A DNA stretch of 64,000 nucleotides from Oculina patagonica (Eukaryota): positions 15,624,001-15,688,000 of the forward strand of contig NC_135759.1 of the NCBI RefSeq assembly GCF_052425735.1. Reading direction: 5' to 3'. Below are positions 49,382 through 61,200 of this stretch, in pieces; position 1 is the first letter of the stretch, and each line of letters opens with the position of its first letter. The position numbers were made by a program, and so were the translations under genes. The notes under the pieces are model-generated. The model saw only the letters and a program-made list of their open reading frames with translations. It was not told where the DNA came from and did not search any database.

Positions 49382-52300
49382 TTACAAACCACTTCTGATT
49401 TTGAAGAAATCGACCATCATTTGATAAGATACTTCGAGCAAGTCATTTAAGACACACTGTGAGATATGGAATGCCACTGTGTTTACGGACGAAGTATCGC
49501 GCATGGCTGTAAAGGAGTGTTGTTGCTGACCAGCTGTAGTGTCGAGGGCTGGAAGGCCTTTGAATTTTCGATCCTAAAATGAAAGGTTTGAAAAATAATT
49601 ATTTTAAAAGAATATTATTTACTGCAAAGAAAAGGAGCAGAAAAGGGATGGGGATCTTTTTATTAATTGGGAGATGAATAGCTCACTACAGAATGGTAAC
49701 GGCCATTAGGTTGACTAGGTTTCAGCTTTCGAGACCGATAACTTTACTTGCTAGCCCAACATTTCCTGGGTAGCTTTACACTAGTCATTCATGAACATTT
49801 ATGATCATGAAAGGCAAATGCTCGTGAAGAAACGAGTCTGTAATTTATACCATATTTTCAAACTTTCCAGCCAGTTTTAAGTGCATAGCCTAACTTGACC
49901 TCTGCACCTTCGCACTAACATGATTTTCGATTGCAATTGGTCCACAAAGTATTTCAAAGGAATGTCAAAATATGATGATAACGTTTAGTGGATGGTATCT
50001 ATTTGTAAAGCAGGTCATTTAATTTTATGTAATTAATGAATATTTTTAAGTTTATTTATAATAGTAACTTACAATTTTGACTGCCTTCGTGATCAAGTCT
50101 TTCAATGTACCCCGCATAAAAACTTGCAAAGACTTCAGATATGCAGGAAGTGTCGTGACATTCTGTGCGCGCGCCAACATTGCTAGTGATCCTGAAAGAT
50201 GTTGACTGTAGCCAAGAGAAACTCTTTTGTGAAACTCAAGGATTTTGCTTGTCTGAAAAGATAAAAATTGTGACAGAAAAACAAATTTACTTTGCTCCCA
50301 CTACAGTGTATGTTTAAAAGGAGGAGTTGTCAAGGCCATAACCAGACCTTTAGCGTAGACGAGGCAAGATTTTGCTAGGATGTTCTGGGGGCATGCCCTT
50401 CAAAACGTTTTGAGAACTACAAACTCTGAAACTCTTTCTTTAACATTTTTTATAAGGTATTTCTTGAAAAAATCAATCTTGTTCAACTGGGGATTATTTC
50501 CCAACCAAACGTATTTTGTTTTTAATTTTAGGTCAAAATCCTCTTGCGAGTTACGGCCCTGGTTGTCCATCAAAAGAGGTTCGTTAGGATTATGGTGTTG
50601 AAATTTTAAAAAATAATACGACTTTTTTTTAATTTTCACAAACATGTTTCGACGGTACATCCGTCATCGTCAGTGTGACGGTTATGAAAGTTTACAGTGA
50701 TTTAAAACGTGCCTGTTACAAATCATACGTTACATTGCGTTGAAAAGCAATACGCTAGATAAATTTCGAAGTTAACGGAATTAAACAGAAGCGCGCGCGC
50801 GTGCAGCTATAGGGAAAGCGTCAAATTGATGTGTTTGACCTGTTGATTAAGGTCCGGCTTTTCCCACTTGATGTACATAGACTCCTTAAGCTTAACCTGG
50901 TACTTAGTAGGCGCAGAGTCTAAGATCTTGAAGCAGTCAAAGTGACAAGAGGTATGGCATGACTCTGAAGCCTGCAAATGCTTATAAACGTGAGAGGTTA
51001 TGTCCGATGACAAGTGCTTGTGCTCGCGCGTGGAGAAATGTCGGCTTGTTTCGCCAACGTAACAAGCATTACAGCTTGCTCAAGAAAATTTGTACACGAT
51101 GCTAACTTCGAAATTTATCTAGCGTATTGCTTTTCAACGCAATGTAACGTATGATTTGTAACAGGCACGTTTTAAATCACTGTAAACTTTCATAACCGTC
51201 ACACTGACGATGACGGATGTACCGTCGAAACATGTTTGTGAAAATTAAAAAAGTCAAATTATTTTTGAAAATTTCTACATTTTTGCTGCTGTCTCGACCA
51301 TTTGGATTATGGTATTCTAAAACGTTTAGCCAAATTTATCGAGTTTGTGTGGACGGTTTTGTCATCCATATTTATCTTTCTTCAAACGTAACTATTATTA
51401 TTCCTTTATGGCTTATTATTACACTAGTTTTGGTGTTTTACTACTCAGTAAAAATTATTTGGAAATTTGCTTCAATTGTCAGTAAGTCATTAATTATTTT
51501 ATCATAACGCTTGAAGCCTTACTTTGAGAGTGTAAATATTTAGAGCTATTTGGTATATTTTTTTCAACGTAGAATACGTTAGGATAGTGGTGTCCGTCAT
51601 ATTAGACTCCTCAAATAAGGGAGATGAGATAAAGAGTAGTAAACAATTGCAAAGCAGGATAACTGCATCAGCAGTAGTCTTACCGATGCATTGGTGCAAC
51701 TGGATGAAGGTAAATTCATGTCCGCCATCACCGCAAGAGCCAAGTTGTTACAGGTAGGGTTACATGAATCCGTGGTGTTAAACTTGGAATTCTGAAACAG
51801 AAAAGGCGAAAAAAGACAATTTTGAGCTTTGAAAGAACATGGGACTTTTAGGGTAGACTCAACAATAAGAAAAATCTGAGCACGCAGACATCAATATATC
51901 TCTGTTTTATCGAACGGCCAAAAGCCACCAGTTTTGGGCTATAACTAACCTAAGCTTGAATGAGTTAGCATTATTATGGAAATTTAAATCTCTAGAGTCT
52001 ATTAACATGTTTTATCATCAACCTTTCTACCACGTTTTCCGGAAACGTTTACTTTTTCTCTGATGTTTCTTCTCGAATTTGTTTTTTAAAATTTGTGGTC
52101 AAATCTAAGTAGCAAATATCATGACAAATAAATAAGATGCCCATTTATTATTTTGCAACAAAATTGCTCACAAATATCTCAGGGTTGTGTTATTTGATAA
52201 GGAGATTAAATTGTATTAGGGAAGGGGACTTCTTACTTTCCAAACATGGATTGATGTTATCTCATTCAAAGCCGACTTCTAATTGGCGCTTAATATTAAG

Positions 52301-53363
52301 TTATTTTAATGGATGTGCACGTAGTACTTTCCACATAAAGTCTCGGTTTGGGAAAAGCTTCGAGCTCAATCTATTGACACTAGCTCTTTATAAATAACCA
52401 ACAAGTCCTATCCAACTTACCATGTACTTTAACGCCCTATATGTCAAGCCAGTCAGGAGACGGGACGAAGGAACTAGAAAATCGATAGTTCTTCGCCAAT
52501 CCCGACGGAGCCGGTGTCTATCTGAGCATCGAGCCCCGCGAGGACAGCCGGCGTTTACATGAGTATTGTGAAACACAACCAAGAGAAATAACACAGAATA
52601 AAAAGTGAAGAATTTTGTTGGGAAACCTGCGAAAAGATTATTACAAAAATTAAACTCGAGTACAAAACTGTGCGTGAGTTTCTATTGCTAACCATCTTTG
52701 GACCAATCAAAAGAGTTTAGATTTAGACTCATCATAACATTCATTATAGCCTTGATGTATTTACAACAAGTATTTCTGCAGCGGGTAGGAAATGTAAATA
52801 TGACTTCTGAAACAATCTTCGTCTTTTTTGTAGAATTCTTTTGTCAACGAAAAACCGAATAATATTTAAACTATACTAAGCTTTGAATTTCATCATATTG
52901 AAATTAAATCAGATTCTTAAAAGTCACATTTGGTCATTGAAAAAATGTGATAAGAAATAGAAATTGTTTGCGGGGGTTTTTTTTTTTGGGGGGGTGTGGT
53001 TTTTGGGGGGTTACCAAAGAATTCAGTTGAATTTATCGTTCATAGTAAAAATTATTTCGTACAAATTCCTTTAAGGCATTCGAGTAAGTTGATGAAATAT
53101 ACTTCAAACACGCTGAACAAAATGCAAGCAATCACATTGAAAGAATTAACCAGGTAAATGGGAGAAATTTAGCTTGCTCAAACACCAAATAACTGAAGTT
53201 GGCGTTTAATAAAATTTGTCTGTTGATTTAAGAAAAGCTGCAACTTCACTTACCATTGTTATTAACTTTAGTGAGGTTTCTAGTAACAGGTTAGCCAGGT
53301 AGTCAGGTTAAATCAAATGAGTGTACAGTATAAGTCATCATACTCGAAGCACTTACCAGCCAT
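49382..53363 (-). CDS. Gene F: secreted prolactin/GH-like four-helix protein, 5 exons, 230 aa
   Basis: Exons on the minus strand: 53363-53357, 52626-52421, 51791-51684, 50252-50073, 49573-49382 (7/206/108/180/192 nt); GT-AG, phases 1/0/0/0. MAGFPTKFFTFYSVLFLLVVFHNTHVNA-GCPRGARCSDRHRLRRDWRRTIDFLVPSSRLLTGLTYRALKYM|NSKFNTTDSCNPTCNNLALAVMADMNLPSSSCTNAS|TSKILEFHKRVSLGYSQHLSGSLAMLARAQ...KAVKI|DRKFKGLPAL...VAFHISQCVLNDLLEVSYQMMVDFFKIRSGL. Confidence 0.87.
50636..50678 (-). ncRNA. Minimal type-I hammerhead ribozyme (Penelope pLTR)
   Basis: UCACA-CUGACGA-U-GACGG-AUGUA-CCGUC-GAAA-CAUGUU-UGUGA: CUGANGA and GAAA core, 5-bp stems I and II, and a very short palindromic stem III. Confidence 0.75.
51199..51241 (+). 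ncRNA. Minimal type-I hammerhead ribozyme (second, inverted copy)
   Basis: Identical motif TCACACTGACGATGACGGATGTACCGTCGAAACATGTTTGTGA on the plus strand. Confidence 0.75.
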
Positions 53364-53462
53364 AGTGTGGAACTGTTATACTTCTTTCCTCAAGTTTTAA
53401 ATTCCGGTGTTGCCTACTTTGAGGCTGTAGGTTTGAGTGGTGAATCACCGAAGTATCCATCC

Positions 53463-53469
53463 TTATATA
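53463..53469 (-). promoter_or_regulatory. TATA box of gene F
   Basis: TATATAA on the minus strand 106 nt before ATG 53363. The context GCAGGAACCTTTAGATA.GTATATAA is shared with gene G. Confidence 0.65.
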
Positions 53470-54957
53470 CCTATCTAAAGGTTCCTGCTTTGTCAGCTGA
53501 GGGCCAAATTTAGGATTTTCTTCCACAACTCTGCAAGACGCGAAATACTAAGTCGGTCGTACTAAGAAATTTGACCGTCCGGTCGAATTCAATTATCTTC
53601 TTTAATCCCAAAAGCAGGTGGAGAACTGTAGCCATGTCCCTAAACATAACTTTCCAATTTAAATATTTTTTGTCAAATACCAAGAGAGTTTAGTCTCTTT
53701 CTGCAACCAAACAGGCAACAGAAGGCAATTTTGAGATACCGCCTAATGGCCAAATGGACAACAAATTTTCATTTTTTTTTTTAATAATACCCATGTCATT
53801 TTTTCACTTCAATCGATTTGTCTTGACGCAACACATTGTTATAGATTTGTATGCAGCTAAGCCTGGATTTAAGAAAATATCTCCCACTGTTATATCGAAG
53901 CTACGTCCGCTGTTGCAATTTCACCCGGGTTCCTCTGATTACCAACATTTCAGAAGTAGATCTGATGATTCTTGCTGGCATGCCCTGTGAATTGCATGAA
54001 ATAACTACAAACAGTGTAACATGCCAGTACCATAATTTTGTTTACGCAAAAATATGACAGAAAAATGTGATTTGCGTTCGAAACATTGAGGAGGAAAATA
54101 AGGCATGCGCAGACCCGATAACTTCGCTTCAGAAGAACTCTTCCGGTCAAATTATTTCGTTGTCATAGCTAAACTTACATCCATGATAACTTTGAAGGTA
54201 GGTAGTAAAGTGCGATTTTTACTAATTTTAAATGTTCATTTTTAACATCCCGTACTTTTAACCTTCCTCTAAATATTGCATATTAAAAAAAGAACCGAAT
54301 TCCTCCCTTTTAAACCAATTTTGTGCTAGCTAGATGAAGAACATGGTCACACATCTATCACGTAATTACATGTACATCACATGTTTTGTTTCCTCGATGT
54401 CAATCAAAACAAAAAATATTTGGCAAGCCGTTAGTGCAACACTTAAATATCCCTCGTTCGATTATCACAACTTGTATTTTTTTGTTTGTAGAAAATTTCC
54501 GTCTCTTTAACAGGCCATGTTACGCAGTATCTCACGCATGTTCTAGGTTGTTATCACCGACCATGACCTCAACTTGTTTTCACCAAGGAGCATGCACTTG
54601 AAGTGATTTTCAAAGGTATAAATTGTAAGGCTTGGTTGTTAAAAGAGGTTAACGCAAATGCAAGAATAAGCTATCCACTGAAGATAGAAATGAAACTTGA
54701 TCCTTTGAACCTGATGGTTGATGAAAGTTACATCATGTCGATACGCTGATGCACTTGAATAGGTCGAGTTCAGTAAGTTTCAAGTTTTGGCTACTCGGCG
54801 ACAGTACCTAAATCCTTAAACGAAAATATAAAACTGAATTTATTCAATAATTTTAAGTAGAGTACTTCGTCTTCATCCGATTTAACTTTGGTAGACTGAA
54901 GAGTTAAAAGAATCATGTGGTATGGGCGACCAAAGAAGCACCTTGATTACTCCCTTA

Positions 54958-55094
54958 AGCCTGGTTCTCATATGATCGTCCCGATCGTCTCTGTCGCTTC
55001 TGTCGCTTCAAAAAGTTGCTGCTCCAATCACCTCAGACTTTGCAAACGACAGAAGCGACAGAGACGATCGGGGCGATCATATGAGAACCGGCCT
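54958..55094. mobile_element. Hairpin-like PIF/Harbinger-type MITE
   Basis: TIR of about 48 bp (GGTTCTCATATGATCG.CCCGATCGTCTCTGTCGCTTCTGTCG) with TTA TSD. Confidence 0.8.
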
Positions 55095-56329
55095 TTAGAT
55101 AAACAGAAGACTGCGAGGAAACTGTTGTATAAGTTGAAATAAAACCAACCATCGTCATTGTTAAAAGCTATAAGTTAGACTTATTAAAGATCAGTAAAGA
55201 CCGGCAGTAACACAGTTACAGAATGAACTCTTTTGAACCGTCAGCGAAAATTGAAACAAAATACTTTGATCAGTTATAGGGTGATAACTTTGTCATATTT
55301 TCCCAATATGTTGATAAATTTTCATATCTGGAGGTCTTATCTGACCCATAACGTCATAACATAAGGCAAGTTAAAGTAAAAGATGTTGAGACCATGTTAT
55401 GTCGTAATTCAATGGCAATAAACAAACTTAAAATTGCTTATTATCAGGACAAAAATGAAGTCGACAAGGTGTAGCACTAAACTCGTTCCCAGGTTCTCTC
55501 TTGTTCCCGTCCCTGGAACTGGAGACCCTTTAATACTCAACTGTAGTTGCATTCTTAGTTCTCTATGTACTACAATTTAACTATTATTCAAAGTTTTTAT
55601 ACATGTGGTGCATTATTGAGCTGTAATATATTGGTGTCGGATCTACACGATTGAGTTGTCTACAAAATGAATTGTGCTAGCTGGTCTGTTCTGAAATTCT
55701 GGTTACATTGCATGCACAGGCTAATTATTTGATCAACTGCACTCATAACAAAACTCTTATTAAGTCCTGTGAGCAACTGCTGGGTGAACTACAAAAGCAA
55801 ATGGCTTGAATGGCGGTAATTTCATTTTACTACAAAGCAGCTTAGAATACGCGCCAATGAGAGGAGAGCAAATGTGTAAGCGCATGACACGGGTTTTACG
55901 CGCGACAAAAGCACAATTCCAAAGCTATTGTCAACTTAATTAAACTTTTTCACCTAACAGCGCAAAACTTGTGAAATACGTCCGTGTGTCACGGTTATTT
56001 GTTGAAGAAATGATGTATTATTCAATCACGTTTGCCTTTAGTACACTGGCAAAGTAATTTTTAGCAAAACTGGACCACTATTCGTAGTTTCCATTATTGC
56101 ATGTCTTAAGACTTTCGAGTTTTTGAAGTGAAGCTGGTGATAGTGTCCCTTTAATATAATCACGAATGAAATTTTCCAAATTGCTCATTGACTTGGACAC
56201 TTAACTGGACAAATGCGTTAGGCATGCTTGTATAGGGGGCTGGCAATATAATATAAGATAATAATTAAAGTAAAATGCATAAAAAGTCAGAGTTAATCCA
56301 AGATACTAGCTAGATTTTTACAGGCCGGG

Positions 56330-57515
56330 CTAGCGCTAGCAGCGTTATATTCAGTGTTTTCCATAAAATAAACAATTTCATGCAGATTTTTCACTGCCAC
56401 AAAAATTACGACAAAACATGGCCGTTGTATTTTTTATCAGATCAGACCACCACGGGGATAAAGACTCCAATCGACACACTGTTGCACACGTTAAAACTGA
56501 TAAAAGTACTTTGATTTAATTGTTCCTGATGATTCAGGAGTAAACTTCAACATTTTTTTCTGCACATTATAGTACCAGGACTGAGTTTTTACTGCGATTT
56601 TCCGACACGAACGCCTCAATCTGGTTTTATCTTTATCGACTCCAATCGGAACCCTGCTTATCCTAAATGGCGTAGTTGTCACTAAGGTGGTCCATTTCAT
56701 GGTTCGATTTGGAGACAAACGAAGTATTAAACTTCTTATCACTTCAATTTGAACGTTTCACTGTACCAGCGAACGTGTTCAGACATTTACTAGTTCGATC
56801 TCCCTGATAAACCAAAGCATGAAAATTCAGCCGATCGCGACCTCATTCAAAGTTTTTGTTTAGCTCATATGCGATCAAATTTTGTTTCCATCTCCAGGGT
56901 AGACAGTTTCTTCTTATATTTACCCTCCCTATGTTCCTAGCATGACAAATTTGATCTCTGAAAATTAAATTCAAGTACATGCAGTGTATATAAACAACAA
57001 GAAGAAGAAGGGGCTGTGCGGCCATAACATCCTTAGACCTTTTGGCTTATAACTGAATAATGAATGGGCGTTGGATGAGATATCGATAACACGGCCCGTG
57101 AAAGTGACCGAGACTTTCCATAAATGAGAAATACAAGCGTAAAAAATTGATTAGAGTATGCTGGAAGACTTCAATGTCGTACTAACGGTTTGTCTAACAT
57201 TAGTTGTTTTGCTTCGACTCTCTCAGACTCTCGTCGAGTGAGGAAGCAAGCAAAACATGCGATTATATTAACATTGCACATGTAGCTACATGTATGATAC
57301 TGATTTGTGTTTATGTCCTTCACCTAGCTAAATTGAAGTTAGATTGAATTTAAATATAAAAAGTCTTGCAAATAGAAGAAATGTTAACGAGTACAGGATG
57401 TTGGAATTGTTTTAAAACTAGTAGAGTCCTCGCACTTTACTACCTACCTTCAAAGCTATCATGGATGAAAATTTAGCTATGACAAGGAACAAAAATTTGA
57501 CCGGAAGATTTCTCC
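56330..57515 (+). repeat. Upstream region of gene G, duplicated at 62805-64000
   Basis: Colinear high-identity match over about 1.2 kb, for example CCATAAAATAAACAATT.CATGCAG, AACCCTGCTTATCCTAAA, AAATGAGAAATACAAGCGTAAAAA and CGCACTTTACTACCTACCTTCAAAG. Confidence 0.9.
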
Positions 57516-58169
57516 ATATGAACGAGTAAAAGCCATTGTGCTGCGTCGTTTTGCCTTCAATGTCCCAACGAAAATATCACATTTTGTCTCATGTTTGTGC
57601 TCACAAATTAACGCTAATGGCGCGTAACGCTGCTACTCATTTCATTCAACACAGGCAGAGCAGCAAGAGTTATCAGATCTATTGTTGAGCTGATGGTAAT
57701 TGGAAGAACCCCGCCTGAAATTCCAGCAGCAGATGTATGATAAAACAGTGGGAGATATGTTATTAAATTCATGTTTAGCTACATCAAAAATTAATAACAA
57801 TTTTTAAACCCGGATAAGTTAACATTGACAGGATTAATGTTTCAAAATATAAAAGAATGCCAAAACGTAAACTAACAAGTCATTGTCAATAAGGTTTCTA
57901 AAATTTGCTTGTATATTGACTGGGATCTATTAAAATCAATTAAATTTCAGGTATATTTGTCAAAAATTATCAAAATTAGGATGAAATGGTTAAGGGATTC
58001 CATATTTTTTTGCCACCTGTTGAAATGACTGAAGAAAACTTAAATTAGACTGTACAGCGGATGAAAAAATTCCGCAACCTTGCATTGCATCTTGTAGAGT
58101 CGGGAAAGTAACCGAACTAAAAATCTTAAATTAGACCCTGAGCTGACGAAGCAGGAACCTTTAGATACG

Positions 58170-58177
58170 TATATAAA
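58170..58177 (+). promoter_or_regulatory. TATA box of gene G
   Basis: TATATAAA 104 nt before ATG 58274. Confidence 0.65.
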
Positions 58178-58273
58178 GATGGAAACTTCTAAGATTCACC
58201 ATTCAAATCTACAACCTCAAAGTGAACAACACGAGAATTTACAAGTTGAGAAAAGAAGTGGAACAATCACAAT

Positions 58274-61200
58274 ATGTCAAGTAAGTGAGATTCAAGTGGT
58301 GTTATCAATGACTGTATTATCTTTTGTTTTCATTGTTTGATTAGATACCGGCTGACATGTTAATCTATAGGCAGTGTTTGTAATAATAACTATGTATTTA
58401 CTTTTCTTTAACCAATAGTCAAATATTGTTCAACTCCAACTTTAGTTATTTTGTCTAACACCAAGTTTTTTCTCAGTAAACTGATAACTTGTTTGCTGCT
58501 GAACGGTTTTCACATTTTTCTGCATGTTTTGTTCGGTCGTTCAAGTGCGATTTTATACCGACCTTCAGTGCGCCTTTTTATGAAATTTGTATGGAATTAT
58601 TATAACTCTAGACGATAAACTCAATAAAAAAGTTTAAAACTTTGGCAGAGTTTTAAAATTCCGCGCGTTAAATGACCAAGGGACCTAAAGGCTCTGGATA
58701 AAATGTTAATAAGTATAGTGTACTCAGAGATTCAGTTTATTTTGTTTATTTAAATACATTGTTTTAATTTTCACTGAAGAAACATTCTTAATTTATGGCC
58801 AGTTCTAATTGGTGACAAAACAGTTCCGAAAATTTAACAATACTCCCAGCTTCGTTTCACTTTGTTAATTTGGCACGGTGGAAGTCATAGCAAGATGCTC
58901 ATACGTCTTATTAAAAAATTCAAAGTAACACACAAAAAAATCAGAATAGTGCATTTGTGTCAAGTGACGTCATAATTAAGACTACATTGAGGTTAGAATA
59001 CATATGATTACTGCAAGGGTGGATCAAGGATTGCACCAAAGGGAGAGGGGCGAAGTGAAATGGGCCTGACGTTTGCTGAAAAGAAATGGCAGGCGGGCGA
59101 GAGAGAGTGAACGTAGGCCTTTACTAGCCAAACAATGTGTGGCAAAAATGTCTGGATCATTTCGGCCTTATTATTTTAGTAAAAAGAGAATGGGGAGGGG
59201 GAATAGGCTCGCCCCCCCTGTTCCCTTGATCCGCCACTGCAATGAACTAAAGACCGCAAAGACTTGATGTACTGATCCCCTCCCTTCCTGTCTTAGGGTA
59301 GAAAAGATAGGAGAACCATGCACGCACAGTTTAAAAATTTAGCTGTCAACAAGATCTAAACCTTATTTTAACAGTCCTGCATACTTAATTTTTAATGCTA
59401 TTTTAATTTCGCAGGTCCTCGAACAAAATGTTTCCCAATCTTTTATGTTATATTTCTTCTCTTGGCTATGTTTCACGACACTCCTGTGCAAGCCGGCTGT
59501 CCTCGTGGAGCTCGATGCTCGGGAAGGGCCGGGCTCCGTCGGGATTTGCGAAAAACTATCGTCGCACTGTTTGATTCGTCACGTCTTCTGGCTGGCTTGA
59601 CATCTAGAGCTTTAAACTACACGGCGAGTAACGTACATGAACAAACAGCATTACTTTCAAATATTAAAGTTAACCTGAAAATAATAGTTTTTCTAACATA
59701 GGAAAACACCAAACAATTAACAAAATACCGAAAATAAACAAGGATGGTTTGAACTGAGAAAGTTTAAAACGCATTTCGAACGAAAAACTTCGAAAAAACT
59801 TGATCATTTTTTTCCAAAATGAGCATTCCTTCATCAAGCCTGGTTGTAAAAGTTAGACAAATTAAAGCTACTCGAATTTTTTTTATCCCAGCTTTTACAT
59901 TTTTTGGATTCAACTTTCTTATTTGGCAAACAAAACTATGATGATTTCCATCAGGCATCTGACGTTGTTAAAAATCGAAACAAAAAAGATTCTGAGTAGT
60001 TGTGTTAGTAATTGATTGTAAAATAATATTTATTCATAAAATTTGTTATCGATAACTTTGATTTCTATCAAACACTGATAGATCTTTTTGCCGGTACGGC
60101 GGCCATTTTGATTTATATTGTTTGGAAGACATTATGGGATGCTAAGGGAGCAAGTTTTCTATTATTTGCCCCTTGGTCATCCCATAATAGCTATTTAACT
60201 CCTGCAATATATAGACGAACTCAAATTTTTTGACCCATAGCAATGAGTGTTCAGTCAAAGAATAAAGACGGCAACAAGATTCAACAGAATCGAAGTTACA
60301 CAATCATATTGTATACTGTAATCAATAATTGATTATGTCGGCACGAAAACTGAAGCAAATGATTGATACTGTTATGTTTTTGTATTTCAGAATTTTCAGT
60401 TCAACGTCACTGATTCATGTAACCCAACCTGTAACTCGTTGATTTCTGCGGTGATGGCGGACATGAACTTAACTTCATCCAGTTGGACCAATACATCGGT
60501 AAGACTTGGACTCTACATTCAGATTTCAGATTTTTATTATTTGCTTTTTTTACTCATCCTCTTACACAGCTTTACATTTTTTTAAAGTGCTCCGGTTCTT
60601 TTTGTTCGTTTTTTTTTTTCTGTTTTTTCATTTCAACTTTCTTTATATTTGACAAAGCTAACTATACTCACGTTCTAGAATACACCAACCTCCTGCATTT
60701 AAACATTTACACAAAAAATAACTATGGTTTCGTTTCTAATATTTTTCAGAGAAGCAACCTACTGGAATTTTACAGAAGAGCTACTCTCGGCTACAGCCAA
60801 GAGCTTACACAATCAATGGCCGAACTGTCGCGTGTACAGAAGGTGGCAACATCTCCTGCATATTTGAAGTCTTTGGAAGACTTTATGAAGAACACATTAA
60901 AAGGCTTGGTCTTAAAGGCAGTAAATAGGGTATGTCAATTTTTTTTTAAATCAATTTGCAATTTGCGTGTGAGACAGACAGATGCCACTTGCCTTTTTAT
61001 TTATAATTAAACGGTGCTGTTATATTAATTTCCGGGGGAAGGGGGAAAGTTAAAGATGGGTGAGGTTGCTCGTCGTCTTGGGGTGTAAATAACGGATTTT
61101 GATCTCACTTATATTAGGTAGCCTGCGTTGCAGACGAACAAAACCCCGGTATAGTCCGTCTATACCGGGGTTTCGTTCGTCTGCAACGCAGGCTAATATT

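Larger units (their letters stand above)
50600..51275 (-). mobile_element. 5'-truncated Penelope-like retroelement with an inverted terminal repeat (intron 3 of gene F)
   Basis: Minus-strand GIY-YIG endonuclease remnant IVYKFS*ASCNACYVGETSRHFSTREHKHL...FKILDSAPTKYQVKLKESMYIKWEKPDLNQQ (about 50807-51100, one in-frame stop). It is flanked by inverted repeats of about 175 bp at 50600-50774 and 51103-51275. Confidence 0.85.
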
